Source: Alkalispirochaeta sp. (GTDB lineage: Bacteria; Spirochaetota; Spirochaetia; DSM-27196; Alkalispirochaetaceae). From it: a stretch of DNA of 64,000 nt. The stretch is taken from positions 32,001 to 96,000 of the forward strand of contig CBDESZ010000017.1 in assembly GCA_965242725.1 (NCBI GenBank), given 5' to 3'. Shown in pieces: positions 39,725 through 49,581 of this stretch; the first letter of the stretch is position 1; every line of letters begins with the position of its first letter. The position numbers were made by a program, and so were the translations under genes. A model generated the notes under the pieces. It saw nothing but the letters and a program-made list of their open reading frames with translations. It had not been told where the DNA came from and made no database searches.

Positions 39725-40945
39725 TTATTGGTCCGCTTCTACAGGAATATCAACACACACAACCAGTTCTCTTCCATCGGCGGAGACAAAATGACGGGAA
39801 ATTGTCCGGCAGAGCTCACCACTGTTCAGGGAGAGGTAGGGTTGGCTTGTGTACCGGTCGTGATCCAACGCTCCGAGACCATATGCGTAATCCATGAGAC
39901 GGTGGTCCGTACCGACCGGGGTGGGGTGAAAAACGGGGTGTCGCTCACGCCGCTTTCGTGGGCGGGTCATAATCGTCCGACTTACCTGGATTCCGTCGCG
40001 ATCCAGAATATACCCGGCGTCGAAGATATCCAGATCCAGGATGATCCGTTCCAGCTCGGTCGTCATGAGATCCGTGGAAATGCGAGAGAGAGATTCGACG
40101 ATTACATCGGTTTTCTCATGTATCACCCTGAACCGATCCCGCCGCCTGCGTAAATAGTCGGGAAGACTGCGACGGAGCATATTGAAATGGGACGACGATC
40201 GCCGTACCGTCTCGGGCCGGACGACGGGATCGGGACGCCCCAAAAGAAACCCCTGGGCCAGATCGACATTTTCAAGACGGCATACCTCCAGATCATCATA
40301 ACGCTCCACCCCATGGGCGAGACAGAGGGCTCCCATTTCACGGGTGACATAGACGATCGACTTCAGCACGCCTCTTTGCCGCGCGCCTTCGGCGACGTTG
40401 TGAATGACGGAACGGTCGATTTTTACAATATCCGGACGGAGAGCGGCGATACGCTCGAGACTCGACCTCTCCGTACCGAAATTGTCAACGCAAATAAGAA
40501 ATCCGCCCTGCCGCAGAGACCTGGAGAAATGGACCAGCGAATCCAGGTCATGCACTTCCGAAGCGGGGAGTTCAACGGCGACATTGCGCACCGCCAGACC
40601 GTAATGACGCACGGTGGAGAGAAGAAGAGTACCGTTCACTTCCCCCGAATCGATGAGGGAGGGAGATATATTCAGAAAGAGGATGATTTCAGGTGACGGA
40701 AGTTCGGCAGAAAAAGCCTGAAGCGATGCGACACGGGCTGCCTGATCGAGATCCCGAAGTGACCCTTCTTCCATGGCACCCTGCAACAGTACCGTCGGCG
40801 GGATGTGATCGCCCCCTTTGGTACGGGGACGCAACAGCGCTTCAGTCCCCATGACCGATCCGGTACGTACATTGAACACCGGCTGGAACCAGGCTTCCAC
40901 ACTCTCAATCTCCAATCGCCGTGTGACCGCATCGATCCCGTCCAT
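39725..40945 (-). CDS. EAL-domain protein with C-terminal PAS/Cache-like domain (YkuI-like), degenerate catalytic motifs
   Basis: FQP, EALLR, FLNIS, IVKIDR and QGF are present, but DNFGTE and AHGVE replace DDFGTG and AEGVE. C-terminal SQPYLS...CRT.S. Confidence 0.8.
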   Translation of the reverse strand: MDGIDAVTRRLEIESVEAWFQPVFNVRTGSVMGTEALLRPRTKGGDHIPPTVLLQGAMEEGSLRDLDQAARVASLQAFSAELPSPEIILFLNISPSLIDSGEVNGTLLLSTVRHYGLAVRNVAVELPASEVHDLDSLVHFSRSLRQGGFLICVDNFGTERSSLERIAALRPDIVKIDRSVIHNVAEGARQRGVLKSIVYVTREMGALCLAHGVERYDDLEVCRLENVDLAQGFLLGRPDPVVRPETVRRSSSHFNMLRRSLPDYLRRRRDRFRVIHEKTDVIVESLSRISTDLMTTELERIILDLDIFDAGYILDRDGIQVSRTIMTRPRKRRERHPVFHPTPVGTDHRLMDYAYGLGALDHDRYTSQPYLSLNSGELCRTISRHFVSADGRELVVCVDIPVEADQ

Positions 40946-41053
40946 GACAACCCCTTTCCAGATAGGATATATCGATTCCGTCGATTCGTCATTATCACAA
41001 CGACACAGGAGAAATTGCTTGATCAACGGGACGGAGAGAAGTACCCTGTCCAA

Positions 41054-42799
41054 ATGGGTCAGTCATTAACCATACGTGATCTTGCCGTTCATGCATTGCG
41101 TGAATACCCCGGTAACGTCGCCTCGGGATACGTGGACGGACAGTCGTGGACGTTTGGAGAAATCAGCGTCGTCATTTCAAGACTTTTTCACCGCTTTGAG
41201 GAACTGGGGATCGCGCCGGGAGATCGAATCGCCCTGTTAAGCGAAAACCAACCCTCGTGGGCGCCGATTTACCTCGCAACCGTCTGTTACGGGGCTATCA
41301 TTGTACCCATTTTACCCGATTTCTCAGTCGAGGATGTTACGGAGATATTGCGCCATTCCGAGTCGCGCATCGTGTTTGCCTCACGACGCCAGATGGAACG
41401 TTTGACAACACGGCCGGAGGGAGGACCCGCCATTCCCGAGGCATTTCTTGTCGACACCGTTCTGGACGAGTACCTGCCGCCGCGGGAAGGGATGACTCCG
41501 GAATCGGCACTTGGGGATATTGAAAAGGTGGCGGCACCGAAACCGGACGATACGGCGGCGATCATCTACACTTCGGGAACGACGGGGCACTCGAAGGGCG
41601 TCGAATTGAGTCACAACAACATCGCCTCAAATGTGGAGAGCGCCGACCATTTTGCCCACATCGCTCCGGGTGAACAGATGCTCTCTATTCTGCCCCTCGC
41701 CCACACGTATGAATGCACCCTCGGGATGCTTATCCCCTTTTCACGGGGTGCAACGGTGAACTATTTGAGCCGCCCCGCATCGCCCTCTGTGCTCATGAAG
41801 GCGATGCAGTCCGTACGACCGCACTTGATGCTTGCGGTGCCTTTGCTAATCGAAAAAATCGTTCGGGGACGGGTTGTGCCTCAGCTCTCCAAAGGTGCCG
41901 TGGCGTTCCTCCGTAAAATTCCCGGCCTGCGAAGACTGGTATACCGCAAAGCGAGAAAGAAACTGGTCACGGCCTTTGGCGGAAGGCTGCGTTTTTTTGG
42001 AATCGGCGGAGCACCTCTCGCCGCGGATGTGGAAAAGATCCTCTACGACATGAAATTTCCCTACGCCATTGGATACGGACTTACCGAGACAGCTCCCCTG
42101 TTGGCAGGAACAAGTCCCTATACCAACTGTTTGCGCAGCACCGGGGTACCGACACCGGGCGTGGAAATTCGTATACAGGACGGAGAGATTCAGGCGCGTG
42201 GTCCGAACATCATGAAGGGGTATTACCGCGATCCGGAACGGACCGCAGAGATGTTTACCTCCGACGGATGGTTTCGTACCGGTGATCTCGGTTCCTTCGA
42301 TGAAGAGGGCCGCCTTTACGTCCAGGGACGCAGCAAGACGGTCATCCTCGGCAGCAGCGGCGAAAACATTTACCCCGAGGCAATTGAATCAATAATCAAT
42401 CAGTTTTCAGGGGTTGAAGAATCTCTGGTCGTCCAGGAAGGTTCGCAGTTGATCGCACGGGTAAAGGTGGATTACGAACATTTCACGGAAAACGCACGCT
42501 CCATCGCCCATAGCGCGGTCAAACGTGCAGGTGAGGTAGTGGAAGCGGCGGCGGACGCTGCCGGACACGCCGGTGATCATGTGCGCACCTACCTGGACGA
42601 TCTGCGGAAGCGGGTCAACGAACGTTTGAGCACCTTCAACCGCATTTCCGAGTTCAGAGAACAGGATGAACCGTTTATCAAAACTCCGACGTCCAAGATC
42701 AAACGGTACCTCTATCAGAACGGCGGTACCGGAGCGCAGGACGATGAGAATGACGGCTCGGAAGACCCGGATGAGCCGGAAAAGAAGAGTGGGACCTGA
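41054..42799 (+). CDS. Long-chain acyl-CoA synthetase (AMP-binding)
   Basis: IIYTSGTTGHSKG, LPLAHTYE, GYGLTE, GWFRTGDLG, GENIYPE. Confidence 0.92.
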   Translation: MGQSLTIRDLAVHALREYPGNVASGYVDGQSWTFGEISVVISRLFHRFEELGIAPGDRIALLSENQPSWAPIYLATVCYGAIIVPILPDFSVEDVTEILRHSESRIVFASRRQMERLTTRPEGGPAIPEAFLVDTVLDEYLPPREGMTPESALGDIEKVAAPKPDDTAAIIYTSGTTGHSKGVELSHNNIASNVESADHFAHIAPGEQMLSILPLAHTYECTLGMLIPFSRGATVNYLSRPASPSVLMKAMQSVRPHLMLAVPLLIEKIVRGRVVPQLSKGAVAFLRKIPGLRRLVYRKARKKLVTAFGGRLRFFGIGGAPLAADVEKILYDMKFPYAIGYGLTETAPLLAGTSPYTNCLRSTGVPTPGVEIRIQDGEIQARGPNIMKGYYRDPERTAEMFTSDGWFRTGDLGSFDEEGRLYVQGRSKTVILGSSGENIYPEAIESIINQFSGVEESLVVQEGSQLIARVKVDYEHFTENARSIAHSAVKRAGEVVEAAADAAGHAGDHVRTYLDDLRKRVNERLSTFNRISEFREQDEPFIKTPTSKIKRYLYQNGGTGAQDDENDGSEDPDEPEKKSGT

Positions 42800-42862
42800 C
42801 AGTAACGACAGATTTGCCCTTTCGGTCCCCCTTTAGTATCCTTAGGGTTCAAAGGAGCTACT

Positions 42863-43849
42863 ATGAACCCATTGAGAAATAATCGAATCCGACCCATTTT
42901 CAGTGTCGTCGTCATTCTCGTTATCGCCATCAGCGGTAACGTTTATGCCGGTGGTGCAGCGGAAACGCCGCAGACCGACGCATCCGGAAGCGAAATGGAA
43001 TCCAAGGGGCCCATCACCGTAGCAAGCAAGATCGACACCGAAGGAAGCCTCCTCGGTTACATGATGGTACATATCCTGGAAGACGCCGGTTATACCGTGG
43101 ACAACCAGGTTGAGTTTGGCCCCACCGATGTCATTCGCAGGGCGATTACCAACGGCGAAATAGACATCTATCCCGAATACACCGGAAACGGCGCATTCTT
43201 TTTTGGTGAGGCCGACAGCGACGTCTGGAAGGACCCCCGGGGCGGTTACGATCGGGTAAAGGAACTCGATGCGGAGCGAAACAATCTCATCTGGCTGACA
43301 CCCGGAAATGCAAACAATACGTGGGCAATCGCCGTCCGGGAGGAACTCTATCAGAACGGCGTGACTACCATGGAGGATATCGGTCCGTGGATGGAAGAAG
43401 GAAATCCCTTCAAGCTGGCCGCAAGCGAGGAGTTTGTCAGCCGCCCCGACGTCCTGCCCGCCTTTGAGGAAACCTACAATTTCTCGTTGAGCCAGGAAAA
43501 TCTTCTCGTTTTCTCCGGAGGGAATACGGCAACGACAATGCAGGCAGCGGCGCGAAATCAGGAAGGCGTCAACGCGGCGATGGCCTATGGTACGGACGGT
43601 CAACTATCCGCCCTGGGACTGTACGTTCTTGACGACACCCGGGGTGTACAGCCGGTCTATCTTCCCGCTCCCGTCGTACGCGGTGAGGTCCTTGATCAGT
43701 ACGAAGAACTCCCCGGTCTTCTCCAGCCGGTTTTTGAAAGCCTTGATCGGGAAACTCTCCAGTCCTTGAACGCGGCAATCGCCGTGGAAGGACGGAGTGC
43801 GGAAGTGGTGGCGCGACAGTATCTCACGGATAACGGTTTCATCCGTTAG
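42863..43849 (+). CDS. osmF: Osmoprotectant ABC transporter substrate-binding protein (OsmF/YehZ-like)
   Basis: SKIDTEG, IDIYPEYTG, ANNTWAIA, MAYGTDG, VQPVY.PAP. Confidence 0.85.
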   Translation: MNPLRNNRIRPIFSVVVILVIAISGNVYAGGAAETPQTDASGSEMESKGPITVASKIDTEGSLLGYMMVHILEDAGYTVDNQVEFGPTDVIRRAITNGEIDIYPEYTGNGAFFFGEADSDVWKDPRGGYDRVKELDAERNNLIWLTPGNANNTWAIAVREELYQNGVTTMEDIGPWMEEGNPFKLAASEEFVSRPDVLPAFEETYNFSLSQENLLVFSGGNTATTMQAAARNQEGVNAAMAYGTDGQLSALGLYVLDDTRGVQPVYLPAPVVRGEVLDQYEELPGLLQPVFESLDRETLQSLNAAIAVEGRSAEVVARQYLTDNGFIR

Positions 43850-43864
43850 GGCTTCTCGTCCCGG

Positions 43865-45121
43865 ATGGCACAAAATGTAAACGGGGCTTCCCTTTCGGCG
43901 GCCCCGTTACCTGTCGTACTCTCCTTTATTCCATCGCTGCTTGCTCTTTTTCTCCCGTGGATAGTGTTACGGCCGAACCGCATCGCCGACGGCGTGGGGT
44001 ACGGCGTATTCACCGTGCATTCCGGAGGAACCATTTTTCTTCTCGTCCTGCTGGGGATTGTCGCAGCGTCACTGGGGAGTGTCGTTGCATTCGACTCCCG
44101 GACCGGACAATCGCGGATCATCCGGGAGCGATACCGATCCGGTATGATCACCGCCACCCTCATAGCGTGGACCGTTTCCGTCACCGTCTTTCCGTGGTAC
44201 GTCGTACTTCAGGGAACAAAGAGTCTTCTCGCGGCAGGTGAGATCGGAGAACTGGGCAGAATCAACCCTTCCGCCGGGTTCCTGCTCATGCTCCTCTCCG
44301 GACTCATCGGGTGGCATGAGCTTGCCCGCCTCGGCGGTCGCCGATCCCGGCGCATCCTCTATCCGGCTCTCGCGGTCAGCGCGATCGCGATTGCGGTTAT
44401 CATCGTACAACCTCAATATCGATATCTCTCATACTATGCCGAGTACAGCGTTCGGGCGGAACGTTTCTACGGCGCACTGATCCGTCACATCGCGCTCAGT
44501 GGAAGCGCATTGAGTCTCGCCTGTATAATCGGTGTCCCCGCAGGAATCGGAGCATATCGCTTTCCCCGTCTTCGGGATGCCATCCTCGACGCTACAAGTA
44601 CGATCCAGACCGTTCCCAGTCTGGCGATGTTCGGCCTTCTCATTGCGCCTTTGGCGGCGCTGAGCAGGGCGTTTCCGCTCCTCAGGGAGGCGGGAATATC
44701 GGGCGTAGGCGTCACTCCCGCCCTCATCGCCCTCACCCTCTACGCTCTTCTGCCCATCGTTCGAAATACCGTAACAGGTCTCCTTGTGGTCTCACCGGAG
44801 GTCAGGGAAAGCGGACGCGCCATGGGGATGAATCGTCGGCAGCTCTTCCGGATGGTGGAAATTCCAGTGGCTCTTCCCGTCGTCCTGGGAGGAATTCGGA
44901 CCGCGGCGGTTCAGGCCGTCGGGAATACCACAGTGGCAGGGCTGATTGGCGCAGGCGGTCTTGGCTGGTTTATATTCCAGGGCCTCGGCCAGGCAGCGAC
45001 GGATCTGGTCGTTCTGGGAGTCATTCCCATCGTCGTTCTGGCCGTCGCGGTTGATCGCCTCTTCGGCCTTTTGCAAAAGATTTCGGACCGCGGAAAAGTC
45101 GTTACGGAGGTGGCCGGATGA
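43865..45121 (+). CDS. Osmoprotectant ABC permease (YehY-like)
   Basis: PNRIA.G, QTVPSLAMFGLLI, LYALLPIVRNT, IGAGGLG. Confidence 0.85.
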   Translation: MAQNVNGASLSAAPLPVVLSFIPSLLALFLPWIVLRPNRIADGVGYGVFTVHSGGTIFLLVLLGIVAASLGSVVAFDSRTGQSRIIRERYRSGMITATLIAWTVSVTVFPWYVVLQGTKSLLAAGEIGELGRINPSAGFLLMLLSGLIGWHELARLGGRRSRRILYPALAVSAIAIAVIIVQPQYRYLSYYAEYSVRAERFYGALIRHIALSGSALSLACIIGVPAGIGAYRFPRLRDAILDATSTIQTVPSLAMFGLLIAPLAALSRAFPLLREAGISGVGVTPALIALTLYALLPIVRNTVTGLLVVSPEVRESGRAMGMNRRQLFRMVEIPVALPVVLGGIRTAAVQAVGNTTVAGLIGAGGLGWFIFQGLGQAATDLVVLGVIPIVVLAVAVDRLFGLLQKISDRGKVVTEVAG

Positions 45122-46032
45122 TTGAGTTCACCCGCGTCGATAAATCATTTGGTACGGTACAGGCGGTCTCGGATTTGTCTTTCACCGTAGAGAACGGCTC
45201 GGTCTGTGTCCTTATAGGCCCCTCCGGTTGCGGTAAATCCACGACCTTGCGCATGATCAACCGCCTGCTTGAACCCGACTTCGGCACCATCGAGGTCGAC
45301 GGCATTGCCCTGCGGGACTACGAACCGTCCCAGTTGCGTCTTCGGACGGGGTATGTTATCCAGTCGGTCGGTCTTTTACCGCATATGTCGGTCTGGCAGA
45401 ATATCGCCCTCGTTCCCCGTCTGTTGAAGTGGGAAAAGAAACGCCGCATCTCCCGGGCCGAGGAGCTTCTTGACCTGGTCGGACTTGATCCCAAGCTCTA
45501 TCGCGACAAGTATCCCCGGGAACTCTCCGGCGGTGAAGCTCAGCGCGTTGGTGTTGCCCGGGCCCTGGCGGCGGATCCGCCATATCTGCTCATGGATGAA
45601 CCTTTCGGCGCTGTGGATCCTCTTACACGAACAAGTCTGCAACAGGAATTCCGGAAAATTCAGGAGCGACTCAGAAAGACGGTCGTCCTTGTGACCCACG
45701 ATCTGGATGAGGCGATCTTTCTGGGAGATACTATTGCGCTCATGAAGGACGGCTCGCTCCGTCAGCACGGCACGGCGGCGGAACTGCTTACAGCGCCGAA
45801 GGACGACTTCGTCGCCGATTTTGTCGGATCCGACCGGATGATTCGCATGCTGCAGACGGTAGCCCTCCGGAAAATCGAGGGGTGGGAAGGAGATGGAACG
45901 CCGACACTTCATGATGCACTCGGACTTTTGCTGAAGAGCAACACCGATGCCGTAGATGTCGTTCTCCCGGACGGGGCTTCACGGTCCATCGATTTTACCG
46001 ATATCCGCCGGATGGTGCAGCCGTGTCGGTAA
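45118..46032 (+). CDS. Osmoprotectant ABC ATPase (YehX-like)
   Basis: GPSGCGKS, LSGGEAQR, LMDEPFGA, VTHD. Confidence 0.9.
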   Translation: MIEFTRVDKSFGTVQAVSDLSFTVENGSVCVLIGPSGCGKSTTLRMINRLLEPDFGTIEVDGIALRDYEPSQLRLRTGYVIQSVGLLPHMSVWQNIALVPRLLKWEKKRRISRAEELLDLVGLDPKLYRDKYPRELSGGEAQRVGVARALAADPPYLLMDEPFGAVDPLTRTSLQQEFRKIQERLRKTVVLVTHDLDEAIFLGDTIALMKDGSLRQHGTAAELLTAPKDDFVADFVGSDRMIRMLQTVALRKIEGWEGDGTPTLHDALGLLLKSNTDAVDVVLPDGASRSIDFTDIRRMVQPCR

Positions 46033-46751
46033 GACTCGTGCGTCCGCTCATACTCACCCTTCTGCTCGTCGGAACCATACATCCCGGGATCTATACCCCG
46101 ATAGCCCGGTTTCTTTTTTCCGATGAGTCCGTACATATCTACCAGCGGGTTTCCCTGGTAACGCTCCTTGGTCAGCACGTGGTGCTTACCGTGCTGGCGA
46201 TGACCGCGGCGGTAATAACCGGTATTTCCGTCGGTGTTCTCGTGACGAGACCGCGGGGCCGGTCTCTCATACCCCTGGTACGAGATCTTGCAGCGTTGGC
46301 CCAGACGATCCCTCCCGTAGCGGTCCTGGTGCTTTCAGTACCGTTGTTCGGATTCGGCACACGACCGACCGTCTTTGCATTGTATCTTTTCAGCGTCCTG
46401 CCGATTCTCGGCAACACCGTGACAGGTCTGCAGCAGATCGATCCCGCCCTTCTCGAGGCGTCGACGGCAATGGGCATGCGTCCGTGGAGGAGGCTGCTCG
46501 TGACCGAACTTCCCCTCGCGGCGCCGATCATTCTCGCCGGCGTGCGTACGTCGGCAGTCATTTCCATCGGGACGGCGACGATCGGCGCGACCATCGGTGC
46601 CGGCGGTCTCGGTGTGGTGATAATTGCCGGCCTCGTACGGGACAATATGTCCTTTATCATGTCAGGCGCGCTCTCCGCCGCCCTTCTGGCACTTCTCGTC
46701 GACTGGGGTTTTGAGGCGTTCAGTCGGCGCTTCGTCACTGCCCGTCAGTAA
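46023..46751 (+). CDS. Osmoprotectant ABC permease (YehW-like)
   Basis: QTIPPVAVL, EAS.AMGM, ELPLA, IGAGGLG. Confidence 0.85.
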   Translation: MSVRLVRPLILTLLLVGTIHPGIYTPIARFLFSDESVHIYQRVSLVTLLGQHVVLTVLAMTAAVITGISVGVLVTRPRGRSLIPLVRDLAALAQTIPPVAVLVLSVPLFGFGTRPTVFALYLFSVLPILGNTVTGLQQIDPALLEASTAMGMRPWRRLLVTELPLAAPIILAGVRTSAVISIGTATIGATIGAGGLGVVIIAGLVRDNMSFIMSGALSAALLALLVDWGFEAFSRRFVTARQ

Positions 46752-46759
46752 CATTTTAC

Positions 46760-46894
46760 GTATTCACAAGATTGTTGAGCGACACCCGACAAACATCCGT
46801 CCCACAACGAATTGCTTGAACAGCATTATCAAATGGGACGTAACGTTCTCCGCGGAAATGAATTACCTGCAATAATCAACAATCTTGTGAATAC
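46760..46894. mobile_element. 135-bp MITE-like element sharing terminal repeats with the IS at 36.6-37.9 kb
   Basis: Perfect 19-bp inverted repeats GTATTCACAAGATTGTTGA (46760-46778 and 46876-46894), 17/19 identical to the IS repeat core GTATTCACAAGCGTGTTGA. Confidence 0.8.
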
Positions 46895-47531
46895 TGCAGA
46901 CAGATAGCATTTCCGCGACGATCATCGCCGTCGCGCCCCAGATCGTCTTCCCGCCAAAGTGATAGCTCGGCACCGTGATTGTACCGCGACGGCTGCTGAC
47001 GACGCGCTCGGTCCGCGTTTCATCAAGTTCACACAGGGGAACCGGAATTATTTCCGCCACTTCAAGGGGATTCGGCCTCAAGGAACTCCAGGGAAACGGG
47101 GACGTTCCGTCGTACACTCCGACCACAGGGGTGATAAGATAGTTGCTCACGTCGATGTAAAGCGGTGTCAAAGTACCGGTGACGGCGACGATACCCGGGG
47201 AAAGGCCGATTTCCTCCTCCGCTTCGCGGAGGGCGGTATGAATGATCGACCGGTCATGCCGCTCCTTCGCGCCACCGGGAAGGGCGATCTGGTTGGAATG
47301 GGGGCCCCTGTCGGCGGCACGTCGTATGAACGGGGTTACCAACGAATCTGCCTCGCTCAACAACAGAAGTACGGCGCTTTGCCGCACCCGTCCCCTGCCG
47401 GGTACGGCCGAATCCGTTCTCGTGACTCTGTGGTACGGCCTCCCGGCGGGCATGAGCATCCTGTGGACCTCCTCTCCGGGCAGCGGGCCCTTCAGCGCGC
47501 CCTCGAGGGTGTTGATCAATCGCCGATTCAC
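46863..47531 (-). CDS. Nudix CoA pyrophosphatase (NudL/PCD1-like)
   Basis: SAVL, H..QIALPGG, Nudix box TALREAEEEIG, IWGATA. Confidence 0.88.
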   Translation of the reverse strand: MNRRLINTLEGALKGPLPGEEVHRMLMPAGRPYHRVTRTDSAVPGRGRVRQSAVLLLLSEADSLVTPFIRRAADRGPHSNQIALPGGAKERHDRSIIHTALREAEEEIGLSPGIVAVTGTLTPLYIDVSNYLITPVVGVYDGTSPFPWSSLRPNPLEVAEIIPVPLCELDETRTERVVSSRRGTITVPSYHFGGKTIWGATAMIVAEMLSVCSIHKIVDYCR

Positions 47532-47693
47532 GCCCTTATTCTACGCGAAAGAGCGGATTCCCTGTAAGTACATCCTATTGCTCAGGTCGCTTAAGTCGAT
47601 ATACCTTGTGCAAGGACGATGGACCGAAAGAATCGAGAGCCCCCTCACCTTGTTCACCCCGTACTGAAACCTACTCCGCTTCGGTCTCACTAT

Positions 47694-47725
47694 ATGATCA
47701 GCCCACGGAATGATCAGCCCACGGA
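47694..47725 (+). repeat. Perfect 16-bp tandem duplication ATGATCAGCCCACGGA x2
   Basis: Copies at 47694-47709 and 47710-47725, in the divergent intergenic region. Confidence 0.85.
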
Positions 47726-47770
47726 CCCCTCGTCCCGACGGAGGGGACATATTCCCGAAGAAGGAGAGAA

Positions 47771-49545
47771 ATGAATCGCGGCGAGGGTAACCGTATCACC
47801 ACCATCCTCCTTGTTGAGAACTCAGCTCCTCTCGCCCTGAGGCAAAGGGAACGGCTGGAACGCGCCGGTTTCGTGGTGGTGACAACAAATACCGACGACG
47901 CGGTAATACCTTTTAGGGAGGAGCGTCGGGACATCGACATCGTGCTTATGGATATCGATCCGGTTCCAGGGGTGGACGGAATGGAGGCGGCTCGCCGGAT
48001 CCTGCACCTGCGGGAAATTCCGATCATATTCCTCTCTTCGCGCCCTCAGTCGGCCCGCGTCCGCAGTGCTGAAGACGTTATCCACTACGGGTACATCCTG
48101 AAGGATGCCGATGATTTTACGACGATCCAAACGATTGAGACTGCGCTACACCTTCATAAGGCCCACAATACCGTCACCCACAGCGAGTTACGGTTCCGGT
48201 CGCTCTTTGAAAACGCGCCTCATGTATCGGTCCGGGGGTACGGGCGGGACGGGGACCGTCCAGTTCTGGAATCGAGCGGCGGAAGTCATTTTCGGATACT
48301 CTCCGGAGGAGGCGATCGGTTCAAATATCATTCAACTCCTCGCCCCGGATGAGCGGCAACGGATTCTGGTAGACCATATTCAGACGATTTTCAAAGATGG
48401 AAACCCTACGCCGACGTCGGAGATGAGAATGAGACGGAAAGACGGCACATTCGTGGACGTCTATTCAAGCCACACGCTCCTCACCCATCCCGACGGTACC
48501 ACCGAACTGTTCTCTCTGGACGTAGACATCACCGAACGGAAGGCAATCGAGTTGGAACTGCACCGGAAAGAAAGGGGAGTACCGCTCTCTCGTGGAGAAC
48601 CAGAACGAGCTCATCGTCAAAGTTGACCGGGACGGTATCTTTCAGTATGTCAGCGAATCCTACTGTCGCATGTTCGGAAAACGACGGGACGAGTTGGTGG
48701 GCAGGAGTTTCATGCCGCTGGTCCATCCCGATGATCAGGAGAGTACCCGCCTCGCAATGGAGAGTCTCTACGCACCGCCCTACAGGGTGTCGACTTGAAC
48801 AGCGAGCGTGGACGGTGGACGGATGGCGCTGGCTCGAGTGGGACGACTCCGCCGTCGTCGATGATAACGGCACGGTTCATACGATTCTCGGCGCAGGGAG
48901 GGACGTCACCGACCGAAAAGAGGCGGAACAGCTGATGGAACAAGCGGTAGCCGAAAAAGACCGCCTCATGCAGGAGTTGAATCACCGGGTAAAAAACAAT
49001 ATCACCCTCATATCCTCACTGGTGAGCATGAAGGAGGCGGAACTATCCGGCCGGATAGACCTTTCGGACGTACGGGGGACAGTTGGACGCGATCGGCCTT
49101 GTCCACGAGAAACTGTATTCCGCCGGGAGAAACCAAGGAAATTCCTCTCGCCTCATATCTGGAGGATCTTCTTCCGTCGATATTTTCGTTCTACCAGGGC
49201 GAAGAAGTCGATATCCGCATAGAGGTGCCGGAGATACGCCTCCCCACGCGAACCGTTGTTCCCCTGGGAATCATTATCAACGAACTCGCGATAAATGCGA
49301 TCAAGCACGGTTTTGACGGTTCCGAGGCGCCGCAATTCTTCGTTTCATTCAGTGACGTCGGTGACGACACCCACCTTCTTACCGTTTCAAATAACGGCAA
49401 GCCCTTTCCACGGAACATTGGCCTGGACACGACGTCGACACTGGGACTGCGCCTCGTATCCGCCCTGGTGGAACAGATTCAGGGCAGCGTTGAGATTGAA
49501 CAGAACAGCACCACCGACATAAAAATCACCCTCCCCGCGCGCTGA
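47771..49545 (+). CDS. REC-PAS-PAS-HisKA_2 histidine kinase, split by five +1 homopolymer frameshifts (likely assembly errors; about 589 aa when repaired)
   Basis: Consecutive fragments carry REC (LVEN, LMDI), two PAS domains (WN.AAE.IFGY; LVHPDD), [21 protein letters not shown] and LGLRLV. Confidence 0.85.
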
Positions 49546-49581
49546 TCTTGCGAAATGACGCGACGGGGAAGGGGCGGGAAG

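Noticed and set aside
46760..46894. CRISPR mini-array or simple rho-independent terminator
   Set aside because: The repeats are inverted rather than direct, 97 bp apart, have no U-tract or cas genes, and match the IS ends.
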